A stretch of DNA of 64,000 bases from Candidatus Poribacteria bacterium. Its GTDB lineage: Bacteria > Poribacteria > WGA-4E > PCPOR2b. Shown piece after piece: positions 1 to 11,040 of this stretch. The DNA lies in assembly GCA_965218095.1 (NCBI GenBank), contig OZ244587.1, positions 3,648,001 through 3,712,000 on the forward strand, in the 5' to 3' direction. Under the pieces are notes generated by a model. It was given only the letters and a program-made list of their open reading frames with translations. It made no database searches and was not told the DNA's origin. The first letter of the stretch is position 1, and the number at the start of each line of letters is the position of its first letter. The translations under genes and the position numbers were made by a program.

Positions 1-613
1 CATGGTCTGCTGAGGACGCCGATTTATCGCCGGTGCGCTCACCATCTTCAAGGATAAGCAGACGGTCACCGCCCATGCCCCGGATGACCGGACGCGCTAT
101 CGCTCGCCCCATCGTCCGCTGTGTGACGCCGACTTCTTCGCTAAGTGTGTCGGCGATGGTCATCCCCATCTGTTCGTCCAGTTGCCGTTCGGAGAGCGCG
201 AGGTCGGTGGTTTTCTCAAACTGGGCGAGTTCATCGCCATCAGGTGTGACAACAATCTCTCCGAGTTGGAACGGGACGTCTTTCAGTTTGACGGTCATTG
301 CCGGCAGGTTCGCATCGAGGACGATTTCCTGCTCCAACGTCTCATAGCCGACGTGAACAAATCGAAGCGTGTACATTCCCAGCGCAATTTCATTAAACCG
401 AAAATGCCCAGCTTCATCGGTTCGGGATAGCGATATCCCCCCGGCGGCAACAAGGCTTACCCGGACATCAGCAAGCGGTCTTTTCGTCTCGGCATCAATT
501 ACCTGTCCTGAGACGGAAGCGGTCGGAGCCGACCAACTTTCGTCGGAACAGAAGGCAAACGTCAGGAGAATAACGCTCAACATTGTGAATATAAATAATC
601 CCAACCCTTTCAT
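1..613 (-). CDS. TonB-dependent receptor, N-terminal part (runs off window start)
   Basis: ATG at 613; translation MKGLGLFIFTMLSVILL... gives a signal peptide, a carboxypeptidase-regulatory-like domain (SGQVIDAETKRPL) and plug motif RPVIRGMGGDRLLILEDG. Confidence 0.9.
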   Translation of the reverse strand, partial: MKGLGLFIFTMLSVILLTFAFCSDESWSAPTASVSGQVIDAETKRPLADVRVSLVAAGGISLSRTDEAGHFRFNEIALGMYTLRFVHVGYETLEQEIVLDANLPAMTVKLKDVPFQLGEIVVTPDGDELAQFEKTTDLALSERQLDEQMGMTIADTLSEEVGVTQRTMGRAIARPVIRGMGGDRLLILEDGERTGDKSASSADH

Positions 614-661
614 AGGGAACCTCTGCGATGTGATGACTTACGCCTTGAATCGTCCTGTTTA

Positions 662-1784
662 TCACCCGCGTTTCACCTCATCCAGCTTCAGCGCGTAGAC
701 GCCTACCAGCATCAAATCCTTCCGAAACTGCTGACCGACCGAAAGTTTACCAAAGACGGTGATCGGCATATCCATCACCGCTTGGATCTTCTGCTTCTTT
801 GAAGCTTCGACGTAGACAATCTCGTTGATACGTGGCGCGACACCGAAACAGCACGACATCGTTGATTTGAGCAGCAGGAACCGCTTTACTTTCCCTTTGT
901 CAACGTCAATCGGGAGCATAAACCCCGTGATAGCGACTTTCACCCCATCGAGTTGCTTGACTTCATCGGGGATTTCGGTGTTGTAAGAAAACGAGGCGAC
1001 GTATTACGGGTTTGCCATCTTCCGCCAATCCGGCTCATCGAGCCAGTAGTGACCTAAGAAGCCGAACGGCATGCGGAGATAGTCACCAATGATTTCGGTG
1101 GGGATGGCAAAACCTTCAGCGGTGTCAAGGGCAAAAAGATTAAAGTTGACCTGAATTCCGGTGGTTAATTCGGGTGTCGTCTTGACCCCTTAATCGGCGA
1201 GTTGGATTTCAAACCCGCCGACGAGCCGAAGGACATCGCCCGGTAGCCATTGGACCAGCGGACTGTCTTTTGAAAAATAGGTCAGCCTTAGCCCTTCCAA
1301 CCCCACCGGCTTTTTGACGCCGTGTAACTTGAAGCTCGCTTCGGCAGAAGTTATGAGCATTTTCCCGTCAACTAGCGGGGAATCCTCCATCTCTTTCAGA
1401 CGTTCAATCCGAAGAATGGCTTGTGGGTAGACGTCGGTGTTCCACAAAATCTTCTGCGTCCCCTTATCAACAACGGCTTCCGTTTTCAGGCGCGCCATAT
1501 CGGGTTGGAAAATCACCTGAAATGCTTTGTTCAGTGCATCGGGGTTGAGCGCGATTGTCCCGTTGATACGCTCGAGTTGCCGCTGTAAACGGTCGCTCTG
1601 TCTCACGGGTACGGAACATGAACACATTTCTGTCTTTGTCCAGCGTGAATGTCTTCAGATTGGTAGGCGCGTCGTTTTGCGCGGGCACCGACGCGGCAAA
1701 TGTGCCGAAAATCAGGGCAAAAACCGTCGCGTGAAACGTAAAACGTGATGTATGAAAAGAAAATATGTTAAACAAATTTCTCAC
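662..1784 (-). pseudogene. YceI-like + DUF3299 fusion protein, disrupted
   Basis: Signal peptide in ORF 1467..1784; frameshift near 1620; YceI-like part (FKLHGVKK...GGFEIQLAD); in-frame TAA at 1190-1192 and 1004-1006; same frame continues as IPDEVKQLDGVKVAITGFMLP...FLLLKSTMSCCFG. Confidence 0.7.
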
Positions 1785-1844
1785 TCCTTTTGTTATTGAA
1801 TATTGGATTGGTAAGTGTTTGAAGGTCAGTCTTTGCGTTGCACA

Positions 1845-1964
1845 TTATTTCTGCTGTGAAGTCTTTCGGGACGCGGCAAAGATGGCAGTTAATTCCTGTG
1901 CTTCTTTGAGGAGTGCCGAAATCTTGTCTAACTCAACCATTTTGGCATCAGTAGCAAACTCAAT
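1845..1964 (-). pseudogene. four-helix-bundle (23S rRNA IVS-type) protein, C-terminal remnant
   Basis: IEFATDAKMVELDKISALLKEAQELTAIFAASRKTSQQK*; 5' part cut off at the IS5 end. Confidence 0.6.
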
Positions 1965-1967
1965 CTA

Positions 1968-2786
1968 GGTTCTGTTGACATTTGAGTATAAGGTTGTGGC
2001 ATAATAGAAGAATGATGCCAATAACCTTACCCGATGACCAATGGAAAAAGATATACTCGTTTCTTCTAACTTGTCCCACCATCTATGTTGGCAACGAAGC
2101 GACAACACGCCGCTTTATCGAAGCGGTTCTCTAGGCGACCCGTAGCGGTGCTCAATGGCGGATTCTGCCAGACACCTATGGTAAATCGAACACCCTCTAT
2201 AAGCGGTTTGCTCGGTGGTGCGACAAAGGTATCTTCACACAGATGCACCCCCACTTCGCCGCCGACCCCGATATCGAGTCGCTTATTGTGGACAGTACAA
2301 TCATTCGAGCGCACCCGTGTGCGGCGGGTGCCGAAAAAAAAGGGTGGCACTGAAAACCAAGCGTTAGGTCGCTCTCGCGGGGGATTCAGTACAAAAATTC
2401 ACATCACCGTTGACGGCCTGGGTAATCCACTAAGAATACATCTGACGCCCGGTCAAAGAAACGACATAGCGGAAGCAGAAGGGTTGATACTTGGATATAA
2501 AAGTGAGTATGTGATTGGAGACAAGGGATATGACTCCGACAATTTTATCGCGGTTATTGAGGCGAATGGAGCGATTGCGGTGATACCGCCAAAAAGTCAT
2601 CGTGTGGATCAAAGAGATTACGACAAACATCTGTACAAAGAGAGACATCGGGTTGAATGTTTCATTAACAAGATAAAATGGTATCGCCGCATCTTCTCTC
2701 GGTTCGAGAAGTTAGCTATCCGTTATTTTGGATTTCTCAGCTTTGTCTCCACTCTTATATGGCTCCCTTGAAATGTCAACAGAACC
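1968..2786 (+). mobile_element. IS5 family (IS427-type) element, copy 1
   Basis: 16-bp IRs GGTTCTGTTGACATTT / AAATGTCAACAGAACC; TA duplicated in CTAG; orfA/orfB joined at an A-run near 2334-2341; premature TAG in orfA near 2132. Confidence 0.93.
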
Positions 2787-3271
2787 TAGCAGGCAATATC
2801 CGGGGCTGGAGATTCTGGCAGGTTGATGAACGAATCTATTGGTTATATCGTCCGATTGAAACACATATAGTTGGTAAAGAATTAGAATCACGACATGCCA
2901 AAGTTTCTTCTATTTGGAGGCTCAAACCCGCTAAACGAATGGATTCGCATCCATCCCCATTTCCTATTGAATTGCCTGTACGCGCGATTTACTCTATGCC
3001 CGGCGACTCGAAAAAGATTATACTCGATCCATTTTGTGGTACGGGAACAACTCTAGTCGCAGCAAAAATTCTCGGTCATAACTTTATCGGAATAGATATC
3101 TCACCCACCTATGTAGAACATACTAAGAACAGGCTTGAAAACTGGGAGAATGAAAAATCAGAGGTAGAGAAAGAAAAGAAGAAACACGTCGTCAGAAATC
3201 CTTTCAAGGACCGCAAAGAAAGAGGCACGGTCAATTGGCCTTTTGCACCCAACAATAATTCCTCTGAATGA
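2787..3271 (+). pseudogene. DNA methyltransferase (N4/N6 type), 5'-truncated
   Basis: HPSPFPIELP and ILDPFCGTGTT motifs; frame begins at the IS end and lacks the N-terminal catalytic motif. Confidence 0.85.
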
Positions 3272-3481
3272 GACTTAGATCGTTGACAATCGAATCGAGA
3301 TTTGCTTTGGCTTGCTTTTCAGTTGACCAATAATTAATTCCAAACTCTGAATTCGACAATTCCCACATTATCCTTAATCCAATAACAAATAACTTTCTTG
3401 CTGAGCATACATCAATCCCCAATATTGAGTATTCCGTGAAAGAGACTATCTTGAATCAGTTTGTCAAGAAAGAGGTCAGAC

Positions 3482-3758
3482 ATGGGTCATACATTCTCCG
3501 CCGGGCGTCGTTTCTGCGATGCACTGGCAATAGAAAATCCCTTGCAAGTCGTCGGAACGATTAACGCCTACTCAGCGTTGATGGCAGAGTGCGTAGGGTT
3601 CCGGTCAATCTATCTTTCAGGTGGGGGCGTGGCGAATGCTTCTTACGGTCTTCCAGATATAGGGATGACCACGTTGAACGATGTTCTGGAAGATGTGCGC
3701 CGCCGGTGTACATATCGAAGATCAGGTGCAAGCGAAGCGTTGTGGTCACCGCCCCAAC
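3482..3758 (+). pseudogene. prpB: 2-methylisocitrate lyase fragment with internal deletion
   Basis: [17 protein letters not shown]...[17 protein letters not shown], then in another frame [19 protein letters not shown]. Confidence 0.85.
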
Positions 3759-4450
3759 AACGCGATTCTTGTCATTGCAGGCCGGTTTGACCTTGCCGAA
3801 GTGCGGGAATTGATTCACCAAAACTTCAGTCAAATTCCGCCCGGTAAATCACCACCCACAAAGCCGCCCAAGTCTGAAGCAAAGACCGGCACGACCCGGC
3901 GCGTCACTGTAAAGCCTGTGATGCACAATGCGACCGGCGTCGCGGCGATCGGATATGCTGCACCGCCGCCCGGGAGCAAGGAGTACACGTCGTTTCGCGT
4001 TTGTGAGCACACGCACAAAATTTCTTTCATCCGGGCAAAATACCGCCTGTGTACTACACGCCGCTGGACGATGGGACGATGATTGGACTCCAGACCGATC
4101 TGCGGGCTGGCGCAGACACCGAGGCCGCGCTGAACCAACTTGACCAACGTCTACACGCGGCATTGACACCGAAACTGACGCCCCAGGATAAACGGCAAAC
4201 GCTCAACTCAATGGCACTGTTGGGCACAGTTGAGATGTCGGATGCCATGTGGATGCAAAATTTGTACGGTTTAGCTTTCAGCACTGGTCGTCGGTATCAA
4301 CTGGAGCTCGATGGTAACGAATTGCGTGCTGCCATCCAGCGCGTCACCGATGCAGACATGCAGCATTTGGGACGAGTATATTCGCTTCAGAAAAACGCAG
4401 CACCGTCATTGTTGAGTTGGAAAAGTAGAGTCATGTCAGACGAGTTTTGA
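3753..4450 (+). pseudogene. M16 (pitrilysin-family) peptidase C-terminal fragment
   Basis: [29 protein letters not shown] and AIQRVTDADMQ segments; frameshifted; fused directly to the prpB remnant. Confidence 0.65.
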
Positions 4451-4691
4451 CATCCAATTCCTGCTTGGCTCGAATTGCCAAATCCAGACCGAGCGGGTAG
4501 CAGTCGGCTTTCAGTTTCCAGAATCCAAAGTGCGTAAGTCCTAATAGAATAAGTGAGTATGAATGAATTACATTTTTCCCGGTATTATGACTGATGAAAC
4601 TGTAACGATAGACAGACTCCCGTCAAGGTCAGATAAGATTAACCGGGAAACAGACAGAAATTGATGAGGTAGAAAAAACGGAACTGGAAGA

Positions 4692-4988
4692 TTAAACGGA
4701 GAACGTTGGTGGGGCGCGACTTTGGATATTGTTGGTAGGTATCGCAGGAAGGAAGGTCAGGTCGAAAAGGGAGTGAATTCAGATGCAGGTATCAAGATTG
4801 GCGAGGTCAACAGCATGGAGCGCAATACCGAGATGGTTGGCGTTGAAGAAGCAGGCAGAACACTCATCTGAACCGAAAACGTCGTGATCATAGGTGAGTC
4901 TGACAAGGCTTATCGTTATCAGGTAATACAAAACCCCAATCATGACCGCCCAGCCGGTTGGATTGATGTGGATTCGATTGTTCTGCAA
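4692..4988 (-). pseudogene. DUF2946-like small membrane protein (CxxC...RAPP) with in-frame TGA
   Basis: TM helix, DHDVFGSDECSACFF, TGA at 4779-4781, same frame continues IHSLFDLTFLPAIPTNNIQSRAPPTFSV* to TAA at 4692. Confidence 0.65.
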
Positions 4989-5027
4989 GGACCTTCACCC
5001 CTTTCTGCCAGCTTGAATCGCGTAATT

Positions 5028-5056
5028 ATTGTACCTCCTGCTACAAATTATGTCAA
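5028..5056 (-). promoter_or_regulatory. sigma70-type promoter of the DUF2946-like gene
   Basis: TTGACA-N17-TACAAT on the minus strand. Confidence 0.65.
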
Positions 5057-5397
5057 GCATCTTTTAGGAGCGATACAAATTCCCCACGCATGAGCTCAAT
5101 CGATTTTACCGAGGGGCTGACCCAGAAAAAACAGGTACAGACAGACTTCGAGTATGAGTCGTCGGCAAATGCTCACGGTTTTGCCGACGACTGAGTAGAA
5201 CCAGCTCCTTTCGATTGGTAGTTTTGGGGTGAATGTATCGCCGAATCATTTCATCGCAAAGTTTACGACCGATAACACCGAAATTCAACCTGTTTTTTCT
5301 CGCGGGGAATTTGTATAGGAGCGAAGGGAATGGTCGGGTTGATACATTCTAAGCGGTCTCCTACAGGAACGAGGCGCATCTAAATCGAGAGTGAATA

Positions 5398-6291
5398 TCA
5401 GCAGTTGGAAGCGAGGTGCTGGAGTGCTTGCAAAATCTTTTCAGCAAATTGGTGAGCCACACCTTCGTTGTGTTGTTCGACTGCCCGCCCGGCGCGGTAG
5501 TAGTTGCCCCAATAGTATCGCAGGAAAGTACAGGTTGTCCACGATGCAGCATCGACTGTGACAAAACCGAGCCATCCATTTAGCACAAGGGCGTTTAAAC
5601 CCGACTTCCAATTTCCAGCGTAGACTTGACCGGCGCCGGGCAAAATTGTCGAAAGCACCGTGGCGACCTTGACAGATTTTCGCGGTGCATTGATGACTTG
5701 GACAAAAAGTGCATTAATGCTTTCATCGTCGGTGTATGCTTGCAATACCTTGTGTGCCTCCTCTCATCTAAACTGGTGGAGATAAGCGACACCTTGCAAA
5801 AACAGGGCACGCCGATACAGTGGACCTGACGGTTGCTGAATGGTGACCTTTATCAGTTCCAGCAAGGCTAAACGTAATTTTGCTGGAAATCAGGGTGACA
5901 GCGAGTTCAATCTGTCGCTCCGATCTCACGCTTGTATCTGTAGCTTGTCGAACAGCGACGCGCATCACGGCAATTGCTTCTGTCCAAAGCCCTTGCGCCC
6001 GGTAGGCGATACCAATCTTGCGTTGAGCGTCGCCAGCGTGCTGGTGATTCGGGTTGAAGTAAAGGAAGCGTTTATACTCGGTAATGGCTTCGTCGTAGCT
6101 ACCAGCAGTGAGTAGATGGTCTCCTCTCCGAGTGCCAAGGCGATATCGGTCGCGGCAGTGGAGAGGCTCCAGCCGTGTGAAAGCATGATCGCGAGCAGGG
6201 TGAATACGACGTGCTTTAATAAGGGGTTGGGGTGAGTTCGTTGTCGTGTGAGGTTTGTGAGCATTATTTTCATGGACCGAGTTCGCGGCAA
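5398..6291 (-). pseudogene. TPR-repeat protein with C-terminal TM2-like motif, frameshifted
   Basis: Consecutive minus-strand ORF pieces; signal peptide; LSTILPGAGQVYAG motif. Confidence 0.6.
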
Positions 6292-6547
6292 CTGCGATTC
6301 GCCACGCCGTGACGACTAACCGTTTTGCAACTTATGGCTCAAAAATTCGTATGAGGTTCGTAGTAGCGCAATTGATTGCGCGTTCTTTTCTTCTTTGCGT
6401 ATTTGTGTTCTATTTTTCTTATCAAGGTGGCAACTTGGGTTATAATACCAAATTGAATTGACATACTCCCCAGTCTAATGGCATAATAACTGCCAAATCA
6501 TTTTAGTTGACGCAAACTCCCTTTAAACTAAAAGACGATTCAGCTTA

Positions 6548-8821
6548 ATGTTTTCAAACTCCGCACAACAGTCCAGATCCAGCTTCGGCGGTACCGCCTC
6601 GCATTCCCAACAGGGGCACAGCTTCGGCACTGCTCCTGTATTTCTTACCTCGGTCTGCACAATCCTCGGCGCAATTCTCTTCTTGCGGTTCGGTTACGCT
6701 GTCGCACACGTCGGGCTCTGGGGCAGCCTCGCGATCATCGTCCTCGGGCATTTCGTGACCATTCCCACGGTTCTGGCGGTGTCCGAAATCGCGACGAACC
6801 GCCGCGTGGCGGGTGGTGGCGCGTACTACATTGTCAGCCGGTCCTTCGGCACGAGCATCGGGGGCTCGATCGGGATCGCCTTGTATCTCTCCCAAGCGAT
6901 CTCGATCGCCTTCTATATGGTCGCGTTCGCGGAAGCTTTTGGACCCGTCTATGAATGGGCCTTGACCGAGCACAAATTGAAGATTGACCCTCGCTGGGTG
7001 AGCCTTCCCTGCACGCTCCTGCTCATCGCGCTCATGCTAACTAAAGGGGCCGACCTAGGCGTGTGGGCCCTATGGGGCGTCAGCGCGATCCTAGCGGCGT
7101 CAATCACTGCTTTCCTCTTGGGCGAAGGCCCCGAATCAATACGGCCGGACGGGCTGAACATCACGGCACGCATCGAAGATGGCGATGGCTTCGGCACGGT
7201 CTTCGCGACGTGTTTCCCCGCCTTCACGGGCATGATCGCGGGCCTCGGGCTATCCGGCAACCTGAAGAACCCTCAGAAGAGCATACCTCTCGGCACAATC
7301 AGCGCGACGTTTGCGGGCATGGTCATATACACGCTCGTCGCTGTCAAGCTGAGCCAGAGTGCTAAGCCCGATGTGCTCGCCGCCGACCAGTTCGTGATGG
7401 CCCGGATCTCCCTGTGGGGCCCCGCAATCTACGTTGGGTTGGGCGCGGCCGCTCTGTCCTCCGCCCTCGGCTCCATCCTAGTAGCTCCCAGAACGCTACA
7501 GATGCTTGCCCGCGACAACGTGTTGCCAGTCCCCCAGCTAAACCGTCTGATGGAAAAAGGTGTGGGAAAGACGCAGGAACCGATATACGCAATTTATGTG
7601 TCGGGCGTGATCGCAATCGTGTTCGTAGTGGTGGGCGGTGTGGACTTTATCGCCCAGATCCTCAGCATGTTCTTCATGGTGACATACGGCGTCCTCTGTG
7701 CGGTGTCATTTCTTGAACACTTCGCAGGCAATCCGTCTTATCGTCCTACGTTCCATTCTCGCTGGTACCTGTCGCTGTTGGGCACAGTGATGTGCGGCTT
7801 GATGATGATCCAGATAAACACGCTATACGCATTCATCTCGATCTTTCTCATGGTGGCGATCTACCTCGGACTCCGCCGCAGTCACCACGGGCAGCGCGAC
7901 TTGACGGCGATCTTCCAAGGGACGATGTTCCAGCTAACCCGGCGGCTGCAGATCACCCTACAGAAGAGTCGTGTCATCTCATCCGAAGGCGGATGGCGTC
8001 CATCGATCGTAGCGGTGACCCGATTCGGGGAACGTCGACTCGGGCATTTCGACCTGCTCCGCTGGATCTGCCATCGGCACGGGTTCGGCCACTTCATCCA
8101 GTTTCTCCACGGCGATTACTCGTTTGCTAGCGAAATCGAGGCACGCCTCCACGTCGACGGGTTGATCCAACGGACCGAGGTCAGCGGAGCAGGCATCTTT
8201 GTTGATTCCCTGATTTGCCCGACGTTCCAACTTGCTCTGGCGCAGACGCTGCAGATGCCAGGGATTTCCGGCTTGCCGAACAACTGCATCCTACTCGAGT
8301 TCGATCGAGAGAATCCCGACGAGATCAACGAGGTCGGGCAAGGTGCTCGCCTCGCTGCAAATTCGATATTCAACGTCCTGATCCTGCGATCAACGAAGTA
8401 CCGCTTCGGCTACCGTTCCTCGATCCATGTGTGGGTGACAGAGGACAACTTGGCAAACGCTCCGATGATGCTGTTGCTCGCGTATATCATTGTGGGGCAC
8501 CCGGAGTGGAGACGTGCCGAAATCCGGCTCTTCGCGTGCTTCGACTCCAAGGAGGCTGAGCACGAGACAGACAAGCTCTCGACGCTGATGAAGGAAGGGC
8601 GGCTGCCGATCTCAATGCAGAACGTGACTTCCGTGTCGTGCGGCAGCGGGGAGGCCTTGGAGCAAGAAGTGTCTCACCGATCCTCTCAGGCTGACTTGGT
8701 TATCGCAGGCTTAATAGCGAACGACCTCGATCCGGACGAAGTGGCCCAAGCACTACGGCACTACGAGGGGGCGAACGACGTGCTGTTCGTCCATTCGATC
8801 GAGCAGATCTCGATTGATTAG
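6548..8821 (+). CDS. cation-chloride cotransporter (SLC12/APC family) homolog
   Basis: 757 aa; ILGAILFLR, GGGAYYIVSRSFG, FPAFTGMIAG, LKNPQKSIPLGT, YRPTF, WRP motifs; about 12 TM plus cytoplasmic C-domain. Confidence 0.9.
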   Translation: MFSNSAQQSRSSFGGTASHSQQGHSFGTAPVFLTSVCTILGAILFLRFGYAVAHVGLWGSLAIIVLGHFVTIPTVLAVSEIATNRRVAGGGAYYIVSRSFGTSIGGSIGIALYLSQAISIAFYMVAFAEAFGPVYEWALTEHKLKIDPRWVSLPCTLLLIALMLTKGADLGVWALWGVSAILAASITAFLLGEGPESIRPDGLNITARIEDGDGFGTVFATCFPAFTGMIAGLGLSGNLKNPQKSIPLGTISATFAGMVIYTLVAVKLSQSAKPDVLAADQFVMARISLWGPAIYVGLGAAALSSALGSILVAPRTLQMLARDNVLPVPQLNRLMEKGVGKTQEPIYAIYVSGVIAIVFVVVGGVDFIAQILSMFFMVTYGVLCAVSFLEHFAGNPSYRPTFHSRWYLSLLGTVMCGLMMIQINTLYAFISIFLMVAIYLGLRRSHHGQRDLTAIFQGTMFQLTRRLQITLQKSRVISSEGGWRPSIVAVTRFGERRLGHFDLLRWICHRHGFGHFIQFLHGDYSFASEIEARLHVDGLIQRTEVSGAGIFVDSLICPTFQLALAQTLQMPGISGLPNNCILLEFDRENPDEINEVGQGARLAANSIFNVLILRSTKYRFGYRSSIHVWVTEDNLANAPMMLLLAYIIVGHPEWRRAEIRLFACFDSKEAEHETDKLSTLMKEGRLPISMQNVTSVSCGSGEALEQEVSHRSSQADLVIAGLIANDLDPDEVAQALRHYEGANDVLFVHSIEQISID

Positions 8822-9089
8822 CCGGGTGTCCGGCCCAATCCTGCCACGCATACACTCCGGAATCGTTTGGAGTGCCCTTCGAGATTCACATCGAGAGGCA
8901 AGATCATCCCCAAAAGGGAAGTGGAATTTTGCTATCTCTGAATTGGATTCGGCCCTGATTCCTTCGATCTTCCAGCACCTGGGGCTGAGCGAGCTGCCGG
9001 CTGGACGAGTCTCAAAGTAACGGTCGGATTCTTCTCTGGAAATATGTTCAACGCTTCCGGATGTGCAAATCTAACAGGCAAACTCCACT

Positions 9090-9152
9090 GGCATTGAACG
9101 CACGAATCTACATCGCAAAATGCGACAATATCATATAAAATGTGAAACGTAA
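9090..9152 (+). pseudogene. Fis-type HTH remnant (end of a sigma54 activator)
   Basis: GIERTNLHRKMRQYHIK followed shortly by a stop. Confidence 0.5.
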
Positions 9153-9287
9153 AGTGATTTCAAGAGGAGATAATAAACATGAAATGGCACTATTTTAGGC
9201 TCATGTCGGTTTTTGTGTGTACTATCTGTGCATTGCTGGGTAATTGCTGGGTATGATCATTCGATGACTCGAAAATCCAAATCCTCC

Positions 9288-9507
9288 GCTTTTTGGCGGT
9301 GGCATACCTAGCGGGCGAATCATTGGCAGCAGCGGCGCACTTGGCGAATACTCGAAAAATCGTCCCGTTACCCCATCGGACCTGGCGGCGATGATCTACA
9401 TGCTACTCGGCATAGACCCGAGCTTGGAGCTTCACACTAGTGACGGTCGGCCAGTTCGTGTCGCACCAGATGGTGCCAAAATTGTTTCGGAACTTATTGG
9501 GGGTTGA
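9288..9507 (+). pseudogene. DUF1501 family C-terminal remnant
   Basis: GGGIPSGRIIGSS...PVTPSDLAAMIYMLLGIDP...DGRP; stop 3 nt before the next ATG. Confidence 0.7.
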
Positions 9508-9510
9508 TCG

Positions 9511-10867
9511 ATGAACCGTTTCACACTCATACGTATATTCATCCTGATACTGGTCGCGATCGCTGCTCCAGCAGATGCCCAGCCCGAGATCGACTTCGAG
9601 AATCAGATCTTACCCATCCTCACGAATCGCTGCATCGAGTGCCACAGTGCGCCGAAGGCCGATGCCAGCGGTCGCATCAGGAAACCGAAGGGAGGTGTTC
9701 AGTTGGACAGCGTGGAAGGCATCACGGAGAGCAGGCGCGGTGAAGTTATCATTGCTGGCGATCCCGACAGTTCGCTGCTCTACGAGCGCATCACCTTGCC
9801 TGAAGACGATATCGACATCATGCCACCGCCGGAGGAGGGTACGCCCCTGACCAAGAAAGAAACTGACCTGATCAGGAAGTGGATTGAGCAGGGGGCAAAC
9901 TACGGCAGGTGGAAGGGAAATCAACTCCAGGGCAAGCTGTTGACCAGCGACAGCAAGACCCACCAGCCTGCCGTTATGCCGCTGATTACTTCTCTCGCGT
10001 TTGCTCCGGATGGAGAATCGGTTGTTGTTTGCTCGCAGGCTGGATTGCACGTCTACGACTGGCCAAAACTCAACCTGCAAAAGGCGATCAAGACGACAGC
10101 CCTCAACCTTCACCATCTCGCATTCTCACCTAGTGGAGACCGATTGGCCGTCGTCGTCGAAAACTCCGCGACAGAAGGCTTTGTAGAGATTTTTTCATGG
10201 CCAGAGGGAAAGTCCCTCCGCATTCTTAGGAAGCATGATGATTCGGTAATGGCTGTTGCCTGGCGTGATGCGTCGTCCCTGGCATCGGCAAGTCTAGACC
10301 GTAGCATCATCCTTTGGGACCTGCAAACCGGAGCATCCATCTAGCAGTTGAAAGGCCATTCCCGTGGTGTTTCATCCCTCTGTTTTCTGAAGGACAAGGA
10401 AACGATGGTCAGTACTGGTATCGATCAGAATCTGCGTGTTTGGGACCTGGAGTCCGGCAAACTGATTCGAAGCCTGAATAATCATACGTTGCCTGTTCCG
10501 GATTTGGCCCTGCGTCCCGGCGAAACTGGGCTCCCCATGGCTGCCTCTGCGGGCGAAGACCGCACCGTTCGTTCGACTTTGGCAGCCAACCATCGGTCGA
10601 ATGCTCAGGTTCGCACGACTCAAAGCAGAGCCGCTGGACGTGGCATGGCTAAACAACGGCTCTAAGATTGTGGCGGCCTGTACCAATGGCCATATTCGCC
10701 TCATCGATCCGGAACTGGTAAAAGTTATTCAGGACATCCCTGCCATTGACGGTTGGGCTTACTCGCTCGCCGTCCATCCCACCGATGGCAGTGTCGTGAT
10801 TGGTGGACCCAACGGACAAGTCCAACGGATTCTTATCAACCCTGCTGCCCCAACCCAACACCAATGA
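9511..10867 (+). pseudogene. planctomycete-type cytochrome c domain + WD40 repeat protein, disrupted
   Basis: DFENQILPILTNRCIECH...IMPP...WIEQGA; WD40 repeats; in-frame TAG at 10342-10344 and a frameshift near 10570. Confidence 0.8.
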
Positions 10868-11040
10868 CAAGGAGATTCTCTCATGAAACCCATCTCCCTA
10901 ACAATTTTGGGCGTGTTGACGAATTTAATCGAATTGCGTAAAATAGGACCTCGTCGGCATTGATCCGGTCGGTACGGAAGTCCATGGCCTGGCCGAACTG
11001 GAAAATCGAGCCTTTCTCAACTGCATCACAAAACTGATTA

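Noticed and set aside
3268-3430. AT-rich convergent fragment as the cognate restriction endonuclease
   Set aside because: Too short and no catalytic motif seen; plausible but unsupported.
4779-4781. TGA in the DUF2946-like gene as selenocysteine
   Set aside because: The downstream sequence is pyrimidine-rich with no evident stem-loop.
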